Assembly (NCBI GenBank): GCA_044229975.1
Contig: JBGARZ010000004.1
Span: 96,001-160,000, forward strand
Length of the DNA: 64,000 bases
Origin: Polyangiales bacterium
Lineage (GTDB): Bacteria > Myxococcota_A > Polyangia > Polyangiales > Ga0077539
Reading direction: 5' to 3'
In this document: positions 59,383-64,000 of the stretch, piece by piece
Numbering within the stretch: the first letter of the stretch is position 1
Layout of the letters: each line of letters begins with the position of its first letter
Notes under the pieces: model-generated
Database searches by the model: none
Told to the model about the DNA's origin: nothing
Seen by the model: the letters and a program-made list of their open reading frames with translations, nothing else
Position numbers and translations under genes: made by a program

Positions 59383-60603
59383 CTACGCGCTCAACCCGGC
59401 GAGCATCCTGGGCGACAGGTCGCCGCGGACGATCTCCGACGTCGTGGTGACTACGACGGCGTGTTCGACCTCGTAAATCAGTTCGCGGACGTTGCCCGGC
59501 CAGGCGTAACCCAACAACAGGTCGATCACCTCCGCGGAGAAGGTCACCGTGGGCCGCCCGAAGTTGGAGACGGAGCGGTCGCGGAAGTACTCGGCCAGCG
59601 GCAGGATGTCTTCGCGCCGTTCCGCGAGCGACGGGACCATGAGCTCGATGGCGTCGAGACGTTCGTAGAGGGCGCGGTTCAGACGTCCCGCGGCGATCTC
59701 CTCGTCGAGGTCGCGGTCGCTCGCGAAGATGAAGCGCACATCGAAGGCGCAGGGACTTCCGCGGTCGACCGGAACGACCGATCGGGCGTCGATGGTGTCG
59801 AGCAGCTTCGTCAGATCGCCTTCGACGAGTTCAGCGAAATTATCGACGAAGAGCGTTCCGTGATCGGTCAGTTGAATCATGCCGGGACGAAGTCGCCAAT
59901 GTGGCGGTGGGCCCCAGCACGCCGACTTCACATGTCCGAAGAGTTCGCTCTCGATGAGCGCCGACGGCATTGCGACGCAGTTGAATACCGTGAAGCACTC
60001 GTCCCTCCGCGGCGACGCCCGGTGGACGCAACGCGCCAGCACCTCCTTCCCCGAGCCGCTTGGCCCGCGAATCAGCAGGTTGCGGGTCGACCCCGCGGCG
60101 TCCCTCGCACGCTCGATCACTGCCTGCATCGCGGGGCTCTCGACGATGACCTCGTCGAACGCCTTGTCGATCGACCTTCGCAGGGGCCGCCCCCTGCTCC
60201 CCCAACGCTTCTCGCGCGCCTTGAGCGCCTCCGCGACGACCGCCAGCAGCGCGTCCGCGGCGACGCCGCGTGGGACGCCGAAGGTGCCACCGTAGGTCAT
60301 GTCGCGCAGCGCCTCGGTCGGCGTCCCGCTCCCGCCCAGCACGAGGATCACGTTGTAGGGGTCGTGTCGCTTGATCCAGTCGATGAGGTCGATCTCTGTC
60401 CCCGAGAGCGAGCGCTGGTCGACGATCGCGAGGTCGAAGGGTCCACCCCGGATGGACCGCCCCAGCACCTTGTCCGGGGAGTAGGTCGTGGTCTGGTAAC
60501 CGCCCTTGCGCAGTGTGCGCGCGACGGACTTCGCCTGCACCACGTCATCGAGGACGAGCAGGATGCGGTCGAGCGGGTCGACCGAGGAGGATGTAGCGCC
60601 CAT
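59383..60603 (-). CDS. Degenerate NtrC-like receiver-AAA+ protein without GAFTGA or HTH
   Basis: GPSGSGKE, FNC..ESELFGH, WPGNVREL present; GAFTGA replaced by SACWGP; ends before any HTH. Confidence 0.8.
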   Translation of the reverse strand: MGATSSSVDPLDRILLVLDDVVQAKSVARTLRKGGYQTTTYSPDKVLGRSIRGGPFDLAIVDQRSLSGTEIDLIDWIKRHDPYNVILVLGGSGTPTEALRDMTYGGTFGVPRGVAADALLAVVAEALKAREKRWGSRGRPLRRSIDKAFDEVIVESPAMQAVIERARDAAGSTRNLLIRGPSGSGKEVLARCVHRASPRRDECFTVFNCVAMPSALIESELFGHVKSACWGPPPHWRLRPGMIQLTDHGTLFVDNFAELVEGDLTKLLDTIDARSVVPVDRGSPCAFDVRFIFASDRDLDEEIAAGRLNRALYERLDAIELMVPSLAERREDILPLAEYFRDRSVSNFGRPTVTFSAEVIDLLLGYAWPGNVRELIYEVEHAVVVTTTSEIVRGDLSPRMLAGLSA

Positions 60604-60675
60604 GAATCGCCTCCGGTTGAAGTCCCACGAGTACCACGCAGTTCGTGTCGCGCCCGTCCTGACCTTCGGCCGATC

Positions 60676-61524
60676 TCAGCGTCGAGCGAGAAACGGCGCG
60701 AGCTGCGCGTCGTAGCTCGGGCCCATCGGGACGGTGCCGTGGTCGGCGTTGGGCACGATCACCAGCGTCGGCGGTAGCCCCGCGGCCCGCAGCGTCGCCG
60801 CGAGCCGCTGCGAGTTCTCGGGGCGCACGAAGTCGTCGCCCTCTCCGTGGAACAGCAGCACCCGACCGGCGTTGTGCGCGGCACGCACGATGACGCCGTT
60901 GGTATCGAACTCGTTGCCCGTGACGAGCTGTCGCGGCACCACCACCGACGAGTCCTCGACCAGCGCCGCGGCGCTCGCGAAGGTCGACTCCAGCACCAGC
61001 CCCGCGCAGCTCCCCTGGGTGGCCGCGGTGTGCGTCGCGATGGCGCCGCCGAGCGAGTACCCGTAGTGGATGATCGACGACGAATCGATGTTGGCCTCGG
61101 GGGAGCGCAGCCATCCGAGGGCGGCGCGCGCGTCCTGGTAGAGCCCCGCCTCGGAGGGCGTCCCGGCCGTGCGGCCGTAGCCGCGGTAGTCGTAGATGAG
61201 GACGTTGACGCCGAGCGACCAGAGGTGGCCGGCGCGCGCCCAGTAGTAGTCGATGTTCTGGGCGTTGCCGTGGTGGTAGAGCACCGTCGGGGCCGTCGCT
61301 GCCTCCGCCCCCGGGCGGCGCGCGAACACCGCGTAGACGACGGTTCCGTCCTCGGCGCGCAGCGCGAGCGGCTGACGCAGCGCCTCGGGGACGCGCCACG
61401 TCGGCGGGACGGAGGCGTCATACGCGAGGGTGTATGCGTCCACCGGCGTCGGGTTGAAGAAGAAGCTGTCGAGGTTGGCGCAGCCGACGATCACGGCGAG
61501 CGCGGCGACGTGCCAGCGGCTCAT
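60676..61524 (-). CDS. Lipoprotein alpha/beta hydrolase (ABHD17-like)
   Basis: Lipobox IVGC; HGNA, DYRGYG, GYSLGG, HGEGD, ADH. Confidence 0.9.
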   Translation of the reverse strand: MSRWHVAALAVIVGCANLDSFFFNPTPVDAYTLAYDASVPPTWRVPEALRQPLALRAEDGTVVYAVFARRPGAEAATAPTVLYHHGNAQNIDYYWARAGHLWSLGVNVLIYDYRGYGRTAGTPSEAGLYQDARAALGWLRSPEANIDSSSIIHYGYSLGGAIATHTAATQGSCAGLVLESTFASAAALVEDSSVVVPRQLVTGNEFDTNGVIVRAAHNAGRVLLFHGEGDDFVRPENSQRLAATLRAAGLPPTLVIVPNADHGTVPMGPSYDAQLAPFLARR

Positions 61525-62180
61525 CGCGAACCTCCGAGCGTCCACGTCGCGCCGAGCAGGAGACCGAGCGCCCCCTGTGACGCGACGGGGTAGTAGTCCG
61601 GGGCCACGCATCGTCCACACGCGTTGACGGCGTACCAGCGGGCCTCCACCTCGATCTCGAAGCGACCGCGCCGCCCGCCCGGGCGAAACGCCGCGAGCGC
61701 GAAGAGCGTCGGCGCCCATACGGACTGCTCGTTGATGACCGTTCCGCTGGAGCTCGCGCGCAGGGGGTTTCGCAGCCCGCCTCCGAGCCACACACCCGCC
61801 GAGACGCGAGCGCCTCCGGCGATCCACGGGTCGGCCAGCAGGGTGTAGCCCCCGTGACCCGCGACCAGCGTCGCCTGGAACCCCACGGTGAGCGCGTCGC
61901 GGTGGCGCGCGAGCGGGTGCCATGCGGCGCCGAGAGACGTCCCGACGTCGCCGAAGGCCAGCGCCGTGGGCTGCACCTCCGCCTGGATGGCCACCTGATC
62001 GCTGACGCCGTACGCGACGCCGACGGTGGTGAGCGGCACCGGGACGGGCGCCCCGAACGCCACGAGCGGACCACCCAGCGAAGCGCTCACGCGTACCTGG
62101 CGGGCGTCGAGGGGACGCGCGAGGTGCGAGGTTCCGCACGCGGCGCAGAGGAGTGAAGCGGAGAGGAGGGCCAGGCGCAT
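61521..62180 (-). CDS. Hypothetical lipoprotein (beta-rich)
   Basis: Lipobox CAAC; ATGA overlap with the hydrolase gene. Confidence 0.7.
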   Translation of the reverse strand: MRLALLSASLLCAACGTSHLARPLDARQVRVSASLGGPLVAFGAPVPVPLTTVGVAYGVSDQVAIQAEVQPTALAFGDVGTSLGAAWHPLARHRDALTVGFQATLVAGHGGYTLLADPWIAGGARVSAGVWLGGGLRNPLRASSSGTVINEQSVWAPTLFALAAFRPGGRRGRFEIEVEARWYAVNACGRCVAPDYYPVASQGALGLLLGATWTLGGSR

Positions 62181-62333
62181 GGGTGGCGTGGCAGGAGCGT
62201 CTCACACCGGAGGGTTCGCTGGGCCTCTCGCCGCCACCCACCGCCGCCACCCCGCCGCCACCCGCCGCCACCCCGTCACTGCTTCGTTCGTCGGTGATTC
62301 CGCGTGGCACGCGCGCTGCGATGGAGGCGTCGC

Positions 62334-63254
62334 ATGCCGCCCACGACGGTCCACGAATCGGTGCTCCTGTGGCTACGCGACGATCCGTCGCAGCTCCGCA
62401 CGCTGCTCGACCTGACGGGTCACGCGCCGTGCCCCTCGCAACTGGAGGTCGAGGACTCGGCGCTGCGCATGGCATTGACCGTCGATGTGGCGCCCGACCT
62501 GGTGCTGCGAAGCCCGGACTCTCGCAAGGTGCGTCGCTGGGTCATCATCGAGGTGCAGCGGCAGCGCGACGAGGAGAAGGCGCGCCGATGGCCGCTCGCG
62601 ATGGCGGTCATGGGCGACCGCTTCGGTCCCCGCGGAGAGCTCATCGTCATCACGGCGTCGGCGGCGGTCGCGCGCTGGGCCCGCCGCGTAGCGATGCACA
62701 AGAAGGGCGCGACTCGCTGGGGTGTCGTGCCCACCGTGTTGCTCCTGGGCCGCGCCGAAGCAGAGTTGATCCTCGCGAAGGCACCGCCCGAGATGGCGGT
62801 GTTTGCCGCGTGGGTGACGCAGGGGCGCGAGGGGCCACGTGCGCTCGATCTGGCGCGACGTGCGCTCGATCGCAGCGATGCGGTGGAGGACGAGCGATTG
62901 CGACGGGCGACGCAGGAAGGCATCATGTCCGTGCTGCACCCGTCGGTGTTGGAACAGTTGAGGAGAGCCGCGATGATCGACATCAATCAACTCCCCAAGA
63001 ACCCCGCTTGGGAACGATGGAAGGCCGACCTCCGCGCCGAGGGTGAGGCCCGCGGCGAGGCCCGCGGCGAGGCCCGCGGCGAGGCCCGCGGCGAGGCCCG
63101 ACTCCTCCTGCGCATCCTCCGTCGCCGCGGCTTCACGGTGACCGCCGATGTCGAGGCACGCCTTCTCGCCACGACCGACCTCGCGCGCATCGAGCGCTGG
63201 GCCGACCGCGCCCTCGACGCCGCCTCCCTCGACGCCGTCTTCGCCGACGACTGA
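62334..63254 (+). CDS. Rpn/YhgA-like PD-(D/E)XK-family protein with GEAR repeats
   Basis: GGAGG RBS; APDLVL...IIEVQ; C-terminal (GEAR)n LLRIL..R..ERW..RAL.A.SLDAVF. Confidence 0.75.
   Translation: MPPTTVHESVLLWLRDDPSQLRTLLDLTGHAPCPSQLEVEDSALRMALTVDVAPDLVLRSPDSRKVRRWVIIEVQRQRDEEKARRWPLAMAVMGDRFGPRGELIVITASAAVARWARRVAMHKKGATRWGVVPTVLLLGRAEAELILAKAPPEMAVFAAWVTQGREGPRALDLARRALDRSDAVEDERLRRATQEGIMSVLHPSVLEQLRRAAMIDINQLPKNPAWERWKADLRAEGEARGEARGEARGEARGEARLLLRILRRRGFTVTADVEARLLATTDLARIERWADRALDAASLDAVFADD
63045..63101 (+). repeat. In-frame 12-bp tandem repeat (GAGGCCCGCGGC x4 plus partial)
   Basis: Direct reading of the sequence. Confidence 0.95.
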
Positions 63255-63287
63255 GCGCGCCTCGCCGCCTCCGCGCCGGAGTCCCTC

Positions 63288-64000
63288 TCAACAATCGCAG
63301 TCGTGCGACGGCACCGCGTACGGCGTCGCCCCACGAAACACCGCGCCCGTCCGTCGCACGAACCCGTCCGCCGTGACGAACTCCGGCACCCCGTCGCCGT
63401 CGACGTCCACTGCCGCCCTCGGCACGAACGCCCCCGGATCGGCCCCGTCCGACTGCAACACCAGCCCCGTCGGTCCGCCCACCTCGAACACCGCCGTGAG
63501 CCCCCCCGCGAACTCCGCGCACCCTCCCACTGCCGTCGCCGCGCGCACCGTCACGAAGCGCCGCGCGCTCCCCTGCGCCTGCCACACCGTCACCGTCGGC
63601 GCGTTGCCCGTCCCGTGCGCGTCCCAGTTGGCGCCCGTCGCCCCTCCCGCGCGGTAGTCCGTCTGCAGCCGTCGCCACGCAGGCAGCGCGCGAAACCTCG
63701 CCAGCGCCCTCCCTCGCAGCGCCGCGTCCGCCGTCGTCGGCGCGAACACCGCCGCCGCGCTCTGCGACGCCACGCGCGCCCACACCGCGTCCCCGCAGCC
63801 CCGCGCGTCATCGAGCCGCGCCGCGAGCACCATGCCCCCGTCGGCCTCCGACCACGCCTCTCGTGCGACGACCTCATCGCTCAACGGCGTCCCCTGCGCG
63901 CCATCTTCCCCCTGTCCGCTCCACCGCTGCTCAACGCCGAAATGAACATCCACCCGCCCCAGCACCGCGAGGTCACCCGCGCGCGCATCGCAGGTCGCCC
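63288..64000 (-). CDS. Hypothetical protein, probably 5'-truncated by window edge
   Basis: DVDGDGVPEF Ca-binding-like motif and C-terminal CDC. Confidence 0.6.
   Translation of the reverse strand, partial: ATCDARAGDLAVLGRVDVHFGVEQRWSGQGEDGAQGTPLSDEVVAREAWSEADGGMVLAARLDDARGCGDAVWARVASQSAAAVFAPTTADAALRGRALARFRALPAWRRLQTDYRAGGATGANWDAHGTGNAPTVTVWQAQGSARRFVTVRAATAVGGCAEFAGGLTAVFEVGGPTGLVLQSDGADPGAFVPRAAVDVDGDGVPEFVTADGFVRRTGAVFRGATPYAVPSHDCDC

Noticed and set aside
62230..62275. Short CCGCCGCCACC tandem repeats upstream of the Rpn-like gene
   Set aside because: Low-complexity GC repeat with no supportable function

Overview
Very GC-rich bacterial chromosomal DNA. Gene content (giant gliding-motility-type TPR protein, Ser/Thr kinase-PEGA-lipoprotein operon, MYXO-CTERM-like tails, Cys-rich and VWA lipoproteins) points to a myxobacterium (Myxococcota, Polyangiales-like). 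About 45 protein genes are supportable; most other ORFs in the track are GC-driven shadow frames. Best candidates for new biology: (1) a minus-strand operon of three tRNA-Leu-like genes (CAG, GAG, CAA) that all lack the long variable arm and encoded CCA, with a palindrome-overlapped sigma70-type promoter, a 23-aa leader whose three Leu codons match the three anticodons in order, and two long rod-like RNA hairpins; (2) a largely translationally coupled operon of two divergent YrdC/TsaC paralogues, a heme-oxygenase-like diiron enzyme and a degenerate adenylating enzyme; (3) a CorA-like 2-TM protein fused to a degenerate Nudix domain; (4) a Dbr1-like metallophosphoesterase; (5) a conflict-type cluster (SLOG, TPR-sensor-patatin, Zn-TIR-NACHT-TPR); (6) an Rpn-like gene with a likely internal start. 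Several long palindromic REPIN/MITE-like elements are also present. All calls come from reading motifs by eye; no database searches were run, and start codons are best estimates.
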